Source: an uncultured Microthrixaceae bacterium (GTDB lineage Bacteria > Actinomycetota > Acidimicrobiia > Acidimicrobiales > VFJN01). Taken from it: 64,000 bases of DNA. The position numbers were made by a program, and so were the translations under genes. The notes under the pieces were generated by a model. That model was given only the letters and a program-made list of their open reading frames with translations, was not told the origin of the DNA and searched no databases. Numbering within the stretch: the first letter of the stretch is position 1; each line of letters begins with the position of its first letter. The stretch is taken from the NCBI GenBank assembly GCA_963750645.1, contig CAVVRO010000001.1, positions 72,049 through 136,048 of the forward strand. The letters run 5' to 3'. Positions 50,453-59,893 of the stretch are shown here, one piece after another.

Positions 50453-51823
50453 TCAGTCCGGCGCGCTGCGAGCTCGCCTCGCGCAGTCGAGGATGGCGTC
50501 GGCGGCGAAGGCGGCGTCGTCGAGGTCGGTCTTCCAGGACGACACGCTGATCCGCATCGCCGTGGCGCCGTCCCACTGGGTCGGCCCGCACCACACGCGC
50601 CCGTCGGCCTGGATCTCGGCGATGAGCGCTTCGGTGGTCGGTCCGTCGACCAGACGGACGAGCACCTGGTTGAGCACGACGTCGTTCAGGACCGTCAGCC
50701 CGCCCTCGCGCAGCCGCTCGGCGATGATCGCGGCGGCGTCGCAGGTCCGCACGATCAGGTCCGCCAGCCCCCGCCGGCCCAGAGTGCGGAGGACCGCCCA
50801 CACCTCGACCTGCCTGGCACGCTGGGACGACTGGGGGGTGTGGTGCATGGCTTCGAAGTCATCGCTCGGCGGGAGGTAGCCCGCCACGGCGGAGAACGTG
50901 CGCCGCAGGTCGGCGACCTGACGGACGAAGGCGATCCCGCAGTCGTAGGTCACGTTCAGCCACTTGTGCCCGTCGGTCGCCCACGAGTCGGCTCGGTCGA
51001 GGCTGTGCACGAGATGGGCGCGCCCGGGGTCGGCGAGCGCCCACAGCCCGAAGGCGCCGTCGACGTGCAGCCAGCCCGATCGTTGCGCCACCCAGTCGGC
51101 GATCTCATCGAAGGGATCGAAGGCCCCCGTGTTCACCTCGCCGGCCTGAGCGCAGACCAGCACGGGGCCGTCGATGTCCGGGAGCAGGTCAGCGCGCAGG
51201 CGACCCTGGTCGTCGGCGGGCACCACCGTGACCCGGTTGCGACCGAGGCCCACGAGACCGAGCGACTTGGAGAGGGTCGAGTGGGCCCGTTCGCCGATGA
51301 CGACCGGGAACTCGGGGGCACCGAAGAGGCCATCCGCCTGCGCGTCCCAGCCGGCCCGCGCCAGCAGCGAGTCCCTGGCGGCGGCGAGGCAGGACGCGTT
51401 CGCCACGGTCGCCCCGCTGACGAAGGCCACCCCGGTCTCGGGCGGAAGGTGCAGTGCGTCGACCAGCCACCCGCGCACGACGTCGTGGAGCTTGGCGGCG
51501 ACCGGTGACATCACGGGGAGCGCCGCGTTCTGGTCCCACACGCTCACGAGCCACGAGCTGGCGAGCGCCACCGGCAGGGTGGCCCCGTTGACGAAGCCGA
51601 AGTACCGCCGGCCGGTGGTCGCGACGGTGGCCGGGCTCCCGACCTGGTCAAGCCGCGCCAGCGTCTCCCGCTCGCCGGCACCGACCTCGGGCAGCGGCTC
51701 GTCGAACGCAGCGAGTGCCGCCAGCGCGTCGGCATCGGGAGCGACACGTCGACCATCGACCGAGGCCGCGTAGTCGAGAGCGGCCGCCATGGCCGCATGC
51801 AGCACGTCGGAGTCAGCCTGCAT
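50453..51823 (-). CDS. PLP-dependent group II decarboxylase family protein
   Basis: 456 codons. SWATDGHKWLNVTYDCG (PLP-lysine region) and SGATVANASCL. Confidence 0.8.
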   Translation of the reverse strand: MQADSDVLHAAMAAALDYAASVDGRRVAPDADALAALAAFDEPLPEVGAGERETLARLDQVGSPATVATTGRRYFGFVNGATLPVALASSWLVSVWDQNAALPVMSPVAAKLHDVVRGWLVDALHLPPETGVAFVSGATVANASCLAAARDSLLARAGWDAQADGLFGAPEFPVVIGERAHSTLSKSLGLVGLGRNRVTVVPADDQGRLRADLLPDIDGPVLVCAQAGEVNTGAFDPFDEIADWVAQRSGWLHVDGAFGLWALADPGRAHLVHSLDRADSWATDGHKWLNVTYDCGIAFVRQVADLRRTFSAVAGYLPPSDDFEAMHHTPQSSQRARQVEVWAVLRTLGRRGLADLIVRTCDAAAIIAERLREGGLTVLNDVVLNQVLVRLVDGPTTEALIAEIQADGRVWCGPTQWDGATAMRISVSSWKTDLDDAAFAADAILDCARRARSAPD

Positions 51824-51864
51824 CTGCCGAGCCTCCCATGAGCGGTCGTGGTAGCACGAGGGGC

Positions 51865-52578
51865 ATGCAGATCGCCGACGTCACCCTCGACACCGCCGAC
51901 GGCCCGATGCGGCTCTACTCCTGCGTGCCCGAAGGTGGCGCGGCGCAGGCGGTGATCGTCATCCAGGAGGCGTTCGGGGTGAACGACCACATCGAGGACG
52001 TCACCAGGCGCTTCGCCGACGCTGGGTACCAGGCCGTCGCGCCCGCGCTCTTCCACCGGGCGGGTGGTGGCACCGCGCCCTACGACGACTTCGAGAAGGT
52101 CCTCCCGCTCTTCGAGGGGCTCACCGACGCGGGCATCGTCATGGACCTGCGAGCGACCGTCGCGCACCTGCACGAGCAGGGGTTCGCTGACGCGTCGATC
52201 GGGATCATCGGGTTCTGCATGGGTGGCCGAGTGACGTTCCTCGCCTCCCTCGAGCTCGCGCTCGGCGCGGCGGTGGGCTTCTACGGTGGCGGCATCGTCA
52301 CCGGTCGCTTCCCCCAGTTCCCGCCCCTGCTCGAGCGGGCGGGCGAGCTCAAGACCCCCTGGCTCGGACTCTTCGGCGACCTCGACGCCTCGATCCCCAT
52401 CGAGGACGTGGAGGTGCTGCGCACGCGCTTGGCCGAGCTCGGCGTGCCGACGGAGGTGATCCGCTACGCCACCGCCGAGCACGGCTTCCACTGCAACGCC
52501 CGGCCCAGCTACAACGCCGAGGCCTCCACGGATGCCTGGGGCCGCGCGCTGGCCTGGTTCGAGGGGCACCTGGCCTGA
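51865..52578 (+). CDS. dienelactone hydrolase family protein
   Basis: VIVIQEAFGVNDHIEDVTRRFADAGY, IGIIGFCMGGR and AEHGFHC. ATG 51865 lies inside track ORF 51715-52578. Confidence 0.85.
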   Translation: MQIADVTLDTADGPMRLYSCVPEGGAAQAVIVIQEAFGVNDHIEDVTRRFADAGYQAVAPALFHRAGGGTAPYDDFEKVLPLFEGLTDAGIVMDLRATVAHLHEQGFADASIGIIGFCMGGRVTFLASLELALGAAVGFYGGGIVTGRFPQFPPLLERAGELKTPWLGLFGDLDASIPIEDVEVLRTRLAELGVPTEVIRYATAEHGFHCNARPSYNAEASTDAWGRALAWFEGHLA

Positions 52579-52618
52579 TCCCTGGTGGCGTCGCCCGTCG
52601 GGCGGGCAGACTCCCGGC

Positions 52619-53185
52619 ATGGGAGCCGTCCTCGATGACCTCGACGAGAAGCTGACCGAGTGGATCGGGCGCCAGCAGGTGTTCTTCGTGGCCACCGCGC
52701 CGATCACAGGTGGCCACGTGAACCTCTCGCCCAAGGGCCACGATTGCCTGCGGGTGCTCGACCCGTCGACGGTCGGCTACCTCGACCTGACCGGCAGCGG
52801 TGCGGAGACGATCGCCCACCTCCGCGAGAACGGCCGCATCACGATCATGTTCTGCGCCTTCGACGGCCCGCCGCTCATCCTGCGTCTGTTCGGCGTCGGC
52901 GAGGCCCACCCGTTCGGGTCGGCTCGCTTCGACGAGCTGCGATCCAGGTTCCCGGCGATGCCGGGTGCCCGCTCCATCATCACTGTGGCCATCGAGCGGG
53001 TGCAGACGTCCTGCGGGTATTCGATCCCCTTCATGGACTACCGCGGCGAGCGCCCGACCCTCCACCAGTGGGCCGAGCGCAAGGGCGACCACGGCCTACG
53101 CGAGTACTGGGCCGAGAAGAACGCCGAGAGCATCGACGGCCTCCCTGCCCTCGATCCGCGCCAGGCAACCGAACGGTTGCACTAG
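52619..53185 (+). CDS. pyridoxamine 5'-phosphate oxidase family protein
   Basis: QQVFFVATAPITGGHVNLSPKG, NGRITIMFCAFDGPP and SCGYSIPFMDY. Confidence 0.75.
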   Translation: MGAVLDDLDEKLTEWIGRQQVFFVATAPITGGHVNLSPKGHDCLRVLDPSTVGYLDLTGSGAETIAHLRENGRITIMFCAFDGPPLILRLFGVGEAHPFGSARFDELRSRFPAMPGARSIITVAIERVQTSCGYSIPFMDYRGERPTLHQWAERKGDHGLREYWAEKNAESIDGLPALDPRQATERLH

Positions 53186-53195
53186 GCACGCGGCC

Positions 53196-54134
53196 GTGCG
53201 ACCGAAGATCGGGGTGTCCAGCCTGGCCGCGGATGCCGCGTCGTGGCCCGACTGGTGCCGCGCCCTGGAGGCCGCCGGCATCGACGAGATCAGCGCGGCC
53301 GACCACCTCAAGCCCGGCGTGCTCCCGCCGCTGACCGCGCTGTCGGCCGCGGCCGCCGTCACCGAGCGCGTGACGCTCTCGACGATGGTGCTCGACAACG
53401 GTCTGCGCCACCCGGCGGTGCTGGCCAACGAGGTGGCGTCCATCAGCGAGCTGTCGGCCGGCCGCTTCACGCTCGGCATCGGCGCAGGACACGCCGAAGA
53501 CGAGCACGCCGCGATCGGCCAACCGCTGCCGCCGCCGGCGGAGCGAATCGCCCGCCTCGAGGAGTCTGTGGTCGCGCTCCGGCTCCTGCTCGACGGCAAG
53601 ACGGTCACGACCACTGGACCGACCCTCCACCTCACCGAGGTCGTGGCGTCGCCGATCCCGTCCCACCGGGTCCCGCTGCTCGTTGGTGGAGGGGCCCGGG
53701 GCGTCCAGCGAGTTGCGGCACGCCACGCGGACATCCTGGGCCTGACCGGGTTCTCACAGGTCGGAGCGGCTCCGAAGCTCACGCACTACTCCGCCGACGC
53801 GCTCGAGGAACGGCTGGTGTCCGTGAGGGGACTGCCGCGCGATCGCGACGAGCCGCTGCGGTTCCAGGCGCTCGTGCAGCTCCTGCGGGTGACAGACGAC
53901 CGGCACGCCGCCGGGGAAGCCCTCCTCGCCCAGATGGGTGACGCGATGCCGCTCACGCTCGACGAGGTCCTCACCACGCCGTTCCTCCTTCTCGGGACCG
54001 TGGAGGAGATCGCAGCGCAGCTCCACGAGCGAACCGATCGCTTCGGCATCGAGACGTGGACGGTCTTCGTCGGTCGACCGATCGACCCCGACCTCGAGGT
54101 CCTCGGGTCGGTGGCCGAGGCGCTCCGTCGCTGA
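53196..54134 (+). CDS. LLM-class (luciferase-like) probably F420-dependent oxidoreductase
   Basis: GTG 53196. Motifs ISAADHL, LSTMVLDNGLRHPAVLANEVASISELSAGRFTLGIGAGH and GTVEEIAAQLHERTDRFGIE. Confidence 0.75.
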   Translation: MRPKIGVSSLAADAASWPDWCRALEAAGIDEISAADHLKPGVLPPLTALSAAAAVTERVTLSTMVLDNGLRHPAVLANEVASISELSAGRFTLGIGAGHAEDEHAAIGQPLPPPAERIARLEESVVALRLLLDGKTVTTTGPTLHLTEVVASPIPSHRVPLLVGGGARGVQRVAARHADILGLTGFSQVGAAPKLTHYSADALEERLVSVRGLPRDRDEPLRFQALVQLLRVTDDRHAAGEALLAQMGDAMPLTLDEVLTTPFLLLGTVEEIAAQLHERTDRFGIETWTVFVGRPIDPDLEVLGSVAEALRR

Positions 54135-54172
54135 CTCGGGCCGGTCGAGGCGCGGTCGGTAACGTCGGCGCC

Positions 54173-55273
54173 ATGTTCCGTGAGCGCGCTGGTCGGGTGC
54201 GGGCCCGCATGGCCGAGCTGGGGGTCGACGCCGTGCTCCTGTCGGTGGGCCCCGACCTGCCGTACCTCACGGGGTACGAGGCCATGCCGCTGGAGCGGCT
54301 CACCATGCTCGTGCTGCCCGTGGACGGAGAGGCGACGCTGGTCGTGCCACGGCTCGAGGCTCCACGTGTCGTGGAGCGACCGGACGTGTTCGGTCTACGA
54401 GCCTGGGACGAGACCGACGACCCCATCGCGATCGTCGCTGGGCTGGTCGCCACCGCCGGCACGCTGGCCATCGGCGACCGCACCTGGTCCCGGTTCCTCG
54501 TCGATCTGCAGACCGCGCTGCCGTCCGCTCGCTTCACGCGAGGCAGCGAGGTGGTCGGTCCGCTGCGGGCGCGCAAGGACGCCGCGGAGGTCGAAGCCCT
54601 CCGCCGCGCGGGTGCGGCCGCCGACCGCGTGGCCGCCGAGCTGCAGCGGGGCGACATCGAGCTGGTCGGGCGCACGGAGTCGCAGGTGTCGGCCGAGCTG
54701 GGTCGTCGGCTTCGGGCCGAGGGCCACCACCGGGTGAACTTCGCCATCGTCGCCGCCGGCGCCAACGCGGCCAGCCCCCACCACGAGCCCGGCGACCGCG
54801 TGATCCAGGAGGGCGAGGTCGTGCTGTGCGACTTCGGCGGCACGATGCTCGGTGCCGACGGCATCGGCTACTGCTCCGACATCACGCGCTGCGTCCACCT
54901 CGGCGATCCGTCGGTCGAGATGGCCGACGCCTACGCCGTGCTGCTCGAGGCGCAGCAGGCCGCGGTGGCCGCGGCCACGGTCGGCACGCCGTGCCAGGAG
55001 GTCGACGCGACCGCCCGGCGGATCATCACCGAGGCCGGCTGGGGCGAGCAGTTCATCCACCGCACCGGGCACGGCATCGGCATCGAGGAGCACGAGGACC
55101 CGTACATCGTCTCGGGCAACGACACGCGGCTCGAGCCGGGTCACGCCTTCTCGATCGAGCCGGGCATCTACGTCCCCGGCCGGTTCGGGTTCCGGCTCGA
55201 GGACATCGTCGTGGCGGCCGAGCCCGGGCCGGACGCGCTGAACAACGCCGATCACGACCTCGCGCTGTTGTGA
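54173..55273 (+). CDS. M24-family Xaa-Pro dipeptidase/aminopeptidase
   Basis: Creatinase-like N-domain. Metal ligand contexts VLCDFGG, CSDITRC, HRTGHGIGIEEHE, FSIEPGIY and RLEDIV. Confidence 0.88.
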   Translation: MFRERAGRVRARMAELGVDAVLLSVGPDLPYLTGYEAMPLERLTMLVLPVDGEATLVVPRLEAPRVVERPDVFGLRAWDETDDPIAIVAGLVATAGTLAIGDRTWSRFLVDLQTALPSARFTRGSEVVGPLRARKDAAEVEALRRAGAAADRVAAELQRGDIELVGRTESQVSAELGRRLRAEGHHRVNFAIVAAGANAASPHHEPGDRVIQEGEVVLCDFGGTMLGADGIGYCSDITRCVHLGDPSVEMADAYAVLLEAQQAAVAAATVGTPCQEVDATARRIITEAGWGEQFIHRTGHGIGIEEHEDPYIVSGNDTRLEPGHAFSIEPGIYVPGRFGFRLEDIVVAAEPGPDALNNADHDLALL

Positions 55274-55274
55274 G

Positions 55275-55334
55275 TCGTCGTCGGTCGCCTTCGGCGACCT
55301 CCTCCGAACTGGAGGGTGCGCCCTTCGGGCGCGC
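55275..55334. repeat. GC-rich hairpin repeat, type 1, copy 2
   Basis: GTCGTCGTCGGTCGCCTTCGGCGACCTCCTCCGAAC closely matches 80-115. Hairpins at 55283-55299, 55301-55315 and 55316-55334 (GCGCCC-TTC-GGGCGC, as at 120-142). Starts 2 nt after the TGA stop. Confidence 0.75.
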
Positions 55335-55349
55335 GTACCTCCGCGCACG

Positions 55350-56205
55350 ATGATCCGTCTCGATGCGGCCACCGTGCTGCTGCAGTGGGCGATCGGTGGC
55401 CTGTTCTTCTGCTGGGTGACCACCCGGCGGCGGGAGGTGTCGCTCGGCTACGGGTGGCTGCTGCGCGGCACGTACGGGCTGATGGCCATCGGCGCGCTCG
55501 TCACCGGCGTCCGCTACGGCGAGGCGGTGCCGGTGCGCGACGCGGCGAGCGCCGGTGTCGCCCTCGCAGCGGGGACGGCGCTGCTCGTGTCGGTCCTGCG
55601 GCGCAAGGCGGGGGTGCTCGGCGAGCGCGAGCGGGAGGAGGTCCGTAGCGCCCGTGTCACCGCGATGACCGGCATCGACCGCCAGCGTGGGACCTTCGAC
55701 GCCGACGTCCCCGAGTTCCCCCCGAGCCTCGACCTGGTGGCGCCGCTGATCGGCCTCGTCGGCCTGGTCGGGGCGGGCATCGCGGCGGGCGACCCAGCGG
55801 GCCTCTCCGTGGCCCGGGTCGTGATCGGCGCGGCCTTCCTCGGGTCGATCACCGACGCGATGCTGCTCGGCCACTGGTACCTCGTGCAGCCGGGCATGCC
55901 TCGCGGGCCGCTGCTCGAGCTGGTGCGCTGGGTGGGGTTCATCTGGCCCTTCGAGGTCGCGGTGCTGCTCTGGCCGACGGGCATGGGATCGGTCATCACC
56001 GGCACCATCGATGACGGCTACAACGGCATCCTCGGGTGGATGTGGATCGCCTGTGCGGTCGATGACCATCGTGCTCGTGGTGGTCACGCGGGCTGCCCTC
56101 AAGGAGCGGCAGTACAGCGCGGTCATGGCCGCGACGGGCCTGCTCTACCTCGCCATCCTCACGGCGTTCGGCACCGATCTCGTCGCCCGCGCGGTGCTCG
56201 CGTAG
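55350..56205 (+). pseudogene. polytopic membrane protein of unknown family with one +1 frame change
   Basis: The frame from ATG 55350 is convincingly membrane-like up to ...GILGWMWIACAV (56060). The hydrophobic C-terminus MTIVLVVVTRAALKERQYSAVMAATGLLYLAILTAFGTDLVARAVLA continues one base out of frame from 56062 (track ORF 56011-56205). Confidence 0.6.
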
Positions 56206-56393
56206 CGGCCCCGGCCGTCGGGCCAAGGGCGCAGCGACGGCGGGAGCCACGTGGTCGGCTCGCTCCACGCCGGGTCTCGGTCGGCCGACGCCGGGGGAGG
56301 GGCGTGCGCTGCTCCACCTCGAAGGTGCGGCAGCGCACGACGCTCACGGAGGGCTCGGGCGACCCCCAGGCAACGCCACCCACCGCCGACTGA

Positions 56394-57554
56394 TCACCCG
56401 TCGGTGAAGAGCTCGTCCGTGCAGTCGTCGGGGGCGTTGACAGGGTTGCAGCGGGCGGCGGGGCCGCCGGTGGGGAGCGTCGTGACGAAGCCGGGGAAGC
56501 GGGGGTCCTCCCGCTCGTAGTCGGTGCTGACGAGCTGAGCACCGCTGGCGAAGGCCGCCTCGCGGCGTTTGGTGTCGCCGGCACGCGCCTCCACCGTGTC
56601 CGCGTCGGCGCGGGTGCGCACCATGTAGCCCTGCCCCACGAGCGACCGGATCCGGTTGCCGTCGGCGATCGGGTCGTTGACGACGGTGAAGGCGGCGTCG
56701 TCGTCAGGCGGCTCGGCGGACACGAAGATGAGCCTGTCGCGGGTGTCCGGGTGCAGCGTCCGGTACAGGTCGCGCTTGGTGCCGCCGTCGTCGAGCGTGA
56801 AGACGAACCGACCGCGCAGGTCGTCGACGTCGGGCCAGCCTTCGTCCTCGATGGCGGCGCGCACGGTGTCGTGGTCGCCTTGGACCTCGGCCACCGTCAC
56901 CAGCTGGTCCTCGTCGAGCACGGAGAGGATCTCCGCCTCGAGCGACGTGAAGGTGCCCTCGGTGACCGGGATCGGCTGCACGAAGCCGAGGGCGAGCGGG
57001 TCGTCGATCGCCCCGTCCTTCGCTTCCATCTGGACGATGATCGGCAGGTGCGTGGGGTGGGCCTCCGACCAGGCCTCCAGCTCCTCGAGGCAGCGCAGGA
57101 AGGTGAGGCAGGTCGAGCGGTAGTCGACCTCCTGGATGTGGAACACCTTGAAGCCGGGCTCTTGCATCACCGGGTCGATGGGCGCCAGGCCCAGGATCGC
57201 CTGGGCCTTGGGCGTGGCGTAGCGGCCGCCGTCCGGGTCCTCGAACACGTCGAGCTCCATCGAGCGCAGTCCGAGGTCGAGCTGCTCGGTGAGGGTGGGG
57301 TGCGAGTACTCGATGGTGGGCGTGAGCGTGGGGAGGTTGGCCGTGATCGCCTCGAGCAGGGCCTCCTCGCCCTCGAGGTGGTACCCGTTGTGGGAGGCCA
57401 GCACCTGGACCTCGTCGAGCCCGACCGCCGGGGCCGGTGCGGTCGTCGTGGTGGTAGCTCCGGAGGCGCCGTCGCCGTCGTCGGAGCAGGCGGCGGCCAG
57501 CGCCATGAGCGTGGCGACGGCACCGATGAGAACCCCGCGTCCGAGCCGTCCCAC
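56394..57554 (-). CDS. lipoprotein, Ca-dependent PI-PLC-like (PLC-like phosphodiesterase) family
   Basis: Lipobox LMALAAAC. Motifs LASHNGYH, LELDVFEDPDGGRY, FKVFHIQEVD and AQLVSTDY. Start set at GTG 57554; the track start is 57599. Confidence 0.7.
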   Translation of the reverse strand: MGRLGRGVLIGAVATLMALAAACSDDGDGASGATTTTTAPAPAVGLDEVQVLASHNGYHLEGEEALLEAITANLPTLTPTIEYSHPTLTEQLDLGLRSMELDVFEDPDGGRYATPKAQAILGLAPIDPVMQEPGFKVFHIQEVDYRSTCLTFLRCLEELEAWSEAHPTHLPIIVQMEAKDGAIDDPLALGFVQPIPVTEGTFTSLEAEILSVLDEDQLVTVAEVQGDHDTVRAAIEDEGWPDVDDLRGRFVFTLDDGGTKRDLYRTLHPDTRDRLIFVSAEPPDDDAAFTVVNDPIADGNRIRSLVGQGYMVRTRADADTVEARAGDTKRREAAFASGAQLVSTDYEREDPRFPGFVTTLPTGGPAARCNPVNAPDDCTDELFTDG

Positions 57555-57601
57555 CCGCGTCCCCCTGTTCAATCGTCGACGAGTTGGGAATACTCGCACG
57601 T

Positions 57602-58468
57602 ATGCCGAGAGCCATCTGGAGCGGATCGATCAGCTTCGGCCTGGTCAACATCCCGATCAAGCTGTATGCGGCGGTGTCGCGCAAGAACGTGAGCTTCAAC
57701 CAGCTCGACTCCCGCACGGGGTCGCGCATCAAGTACAAGAAGGTCTCCGCCGCCGATGGCGAGGAGGTGCCCGCTGAGGTCATCGTGAAGGGCTACGAGC
57801 TGTCGTCGGGCGCCTACGTGACGGTCGGCGACGACGAGCTCGCCGCCCTCGATCCCGAGGCCAGCCGCTCGATCGACATCGAAGAGTTCGTCGACCTGGC
57901 GGACATCGACCCGCTCTTCTACGACTCCGCCTACTACGTGGCGCCCGACAAGGCCACGACCAAGCCCTACGCGCTCCTCACCCAGGCGATGGAGGAAGCC
58001 GGCAAGGTCGGGGTCGCCCGGTTCGTCATGCGGTCCAAGCAGTACCTGTGCGCCATCCGTCCGAAGGACGGCGCCCTGGTGCTGTCGACGATGGTCTACG
58101 CCGACGAGGTCAACGACGCCGGCGAGATCCCCGAGATCGCCGACCTGGAGGACGTCAAGCTCACCAAGAAGGAGCTGGACATGGCTCGCCAGCTCATCGC
58201 CTCGCTCTCCGACGACTTCGACGTCGACCGGTTCGAGGACACCTACCGCAACCGCGTGCTCGACCTGATCGAGCGCAAGGCCGCCGGCGAGACGGAGATC
58301 GTCGCCCCGCCGGAGCCGATGAGCGAGGACAAGGTGGTCGACCTCATGGCGGCCCTGGAGGCGAGCGTCAAGGAGGCCAAGGCGGCCCGCAAGCGCCATC
58401 CCGCGGGCTCGCCGGACGCGGAGGACGAGGCGGAGCCGGCCAAGAAGCGCACGCGCAAGTCGGCGTAG
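57602..58468 (+). CDS. ku: Ku protein (NHEJ)
   Basis: MPRAIWSGSISFGLVNIPIKLYAA signature. Basic C-terminal tail ...PAKKRTRKSA. Confidence 0.95.
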   Translation: MPRAIWSGSISFGLVNIPIKLYAAVSRKNVSFNQLDSRTGSRIKYKKVSAADGEEVPAEVIVKGYELSSGAYVTVGDDELAALDPEASRSIDIEEFVDLADIDPLFYDSAYYVAPDKATTKPYALLTQAMEEAGKVGVARFVMRSKQYLCAIRPKDGALVLSTMVYADEVNDAGEIPEIADLEDVKLTKKELDMARQLIASLSDDFDVDRFEDTYRNRVLDLIERKAAGETEIVAPPEPMSEDKVVDLMAALEASVKEAKAARKRHPAGSPDAEDEAEPAKKRTRKSA

Positions 58469-58473
58469 CGGCG

Positions 58474-59376
58474 GTGCCCGACCAGTTCGTCGAGGTCGGC
58501 GAGCGGCAGCTCAAGGTCTCCAACCTCGACAAGGTGCTCTACCCGGAGACGGGCTTCACCAAGGCGGAGGTCATCGACTACTACGTGCGCGTCGCGCCGG
58601 TGATGCTGCCGCACATCGCCGATCGGGGCGTCACGCTCCGCCGGTACCCGAACGGGGTCGACGCGACGTCGTTCTTCGAGAAGCGCTGCCCTTCGCACCG
58701 GCCGGAGTGGATCGGCACCTTCGCCGGGCCCGGCGACCGCAACGGCACGATCGGCTACTGCGCGCTCGATTCGGTGGCGGCGCTGGCCTGGTCGGCCAAC
58801 ATGGCCGCCCTCGAGCTCCACGCCCCCATGGCCCGCGGCACCGACATCGAGTCACCCACCATGTGCGTGTTCGATCTCGACCCCGGTCCGGGCACGGGCA
58901 TCCCGGAGTGCGCCGAGGTGGCGCTCGACATCCGGGGCGTGCTCGAGCGCCTCGCGGGCCTCGAGTGCCTGGCCAAGACGTCAGGGTCCAAGGGGCTGCA
59001 GCTCTACGTGCCGCTCAACGCGCCGCACACGCACGAGCACTGCTCCGAGTTCGCGCAGGCCGTCGCCCAGGTGCTCGAGAAGCACGACCCGAAGCGCGTC
59101 ACCTCCGTGATGGCGAAGCGAGCTCGTCCGGGCAGGGTCTTCATCGACTGGAGCCAGAACAGCCGGCACAAGACCACCGTCGCCGTCTACTCCCTTCGTG
59201 CCCGGCCCCACCCGACGGTGTCGACGCCCGTGACCTGGGACGAGGTGGAGGTCGCCGCCGACGGTGGCCCGCTCTCGTTCGAGACCGCCGACGTGCTCGA
59301 TCGGGTGGAGGCGCACGGCGACCACTTCGCCGCCACCCTCACGATGCGGCAGCACCTCCCCGCGCCGAGCGGCTGA
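58474..59376 (+). CDS. ligD: stand-alone LigD polymerase/primase domain (PolDom)
   Basis: GTG lies 5 nt after the ku stop. Motifs LSNLDKVLYPETGFTKAEVIDYY, RYPNG, VFDLDPG, KTSGSKGLQLYVPL and IDWSQNSRHKTTVAVYSLR. No ATP-ligase or phosphoesterase domain is attached. Confidence 0.9.
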   Translation: MPDQFVEVGERQLKVSNLDKVLYPETGFTKAEVIDYYVRVAPVMLPHIADRGVTLRRYPNGVDATSFFEKRCPSHRPEWIGTFAGPGDRNGTIGYCALDSVAALAWSANMAALELHAPMARGTDIESPTMCVFDLDPGPGTGIPECAEVALDIRGVLERLAGLECLAKTSGSKGLQLYVPLNAPHTHEHCSEFAQAVAQVLEKHDPKRVTSVMAKRARPGRVFIDWSQNSRHKTTVAVYSLRARPHPTVSTPVTWDEVEVAADGGPLSFETADVLDRVEAHGDHFAATLTMRQHLPAPSG

Positions 59377-59482
59377 CGAGCGAGATCACCAAGGATCCCG
59401 GGGTGGATCCGCGCGATCCGCGGTCGGGCGGCCAGACTCACCGGTCCCTAGCAACCCCCACGTCCAACGGAGGACACAGCAC

Positions 59483-59803
59483 ATGAACCGACGCGATCTC
59501 GTCAAGGCCATCGCCGCCCAGACCGAGGTGGACGCCAAGACGGTCGACGCCGTGGTGAAGGGCTTCACCGACGTCGTCACCGCCGTCGTGGCCAAGGGCG
59601 AGCCGGTGGCCATCACGGGCTTCGCCAAGTTCGCCAAGGTCGAGCGCGCCGCCCGCATGGGCCGCAACCCCGCCACCGGCGAGGCCATCAAGATCAAGGC
59701 CTCCAAGAAGGCCCGCATCACGCCCCTGAAGGGCTTCAAGGACGCGGTCATGACCCCGAGCCTGGCCCCGAAGCTCAACAAGGGCGTCTTCCCGCCCGCC
59801 TGA
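59483..59803 (+). CDS. hup: HU-family nucleoid-associated DNA-binding protein
   Basis: MNRRDLVKAIAAQT..., ITGFAKFAKVERAARMGRNPATGEAIKIKASK. GGAGGA Shine-Dalgarno. Confidence 0.92.
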   Translation: MNRRDLVKAIAAQTEVDAKTVDAVVKGFTDVVTAVVAKGEPVAITGFAKFAKVERAARMGRNPATGEAIKIKASKKARITPLKGFKDAVMTPSLAPKLNKGVFPPA

Positions 59804-59824
59804 CGGCTCCGTCGCTGTGACGCT

Positions 59825-59855
59825 CGAGGCCCCGGGTCCTTGACCCGGGGCCTCG
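59825..59855 (+). terminator. terminator hairpin after hup
   Basis: CGAGGCCCCGGGT (59825-59837) pairs with ACCCGGGGCCTCG (59843-59855); 5-nt loop. Confidence 0.65.
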
Positions 59856-59893
59856 TCGCGCCGCGACCTCCCGGCGTTACCGTTCCGGCTGCG

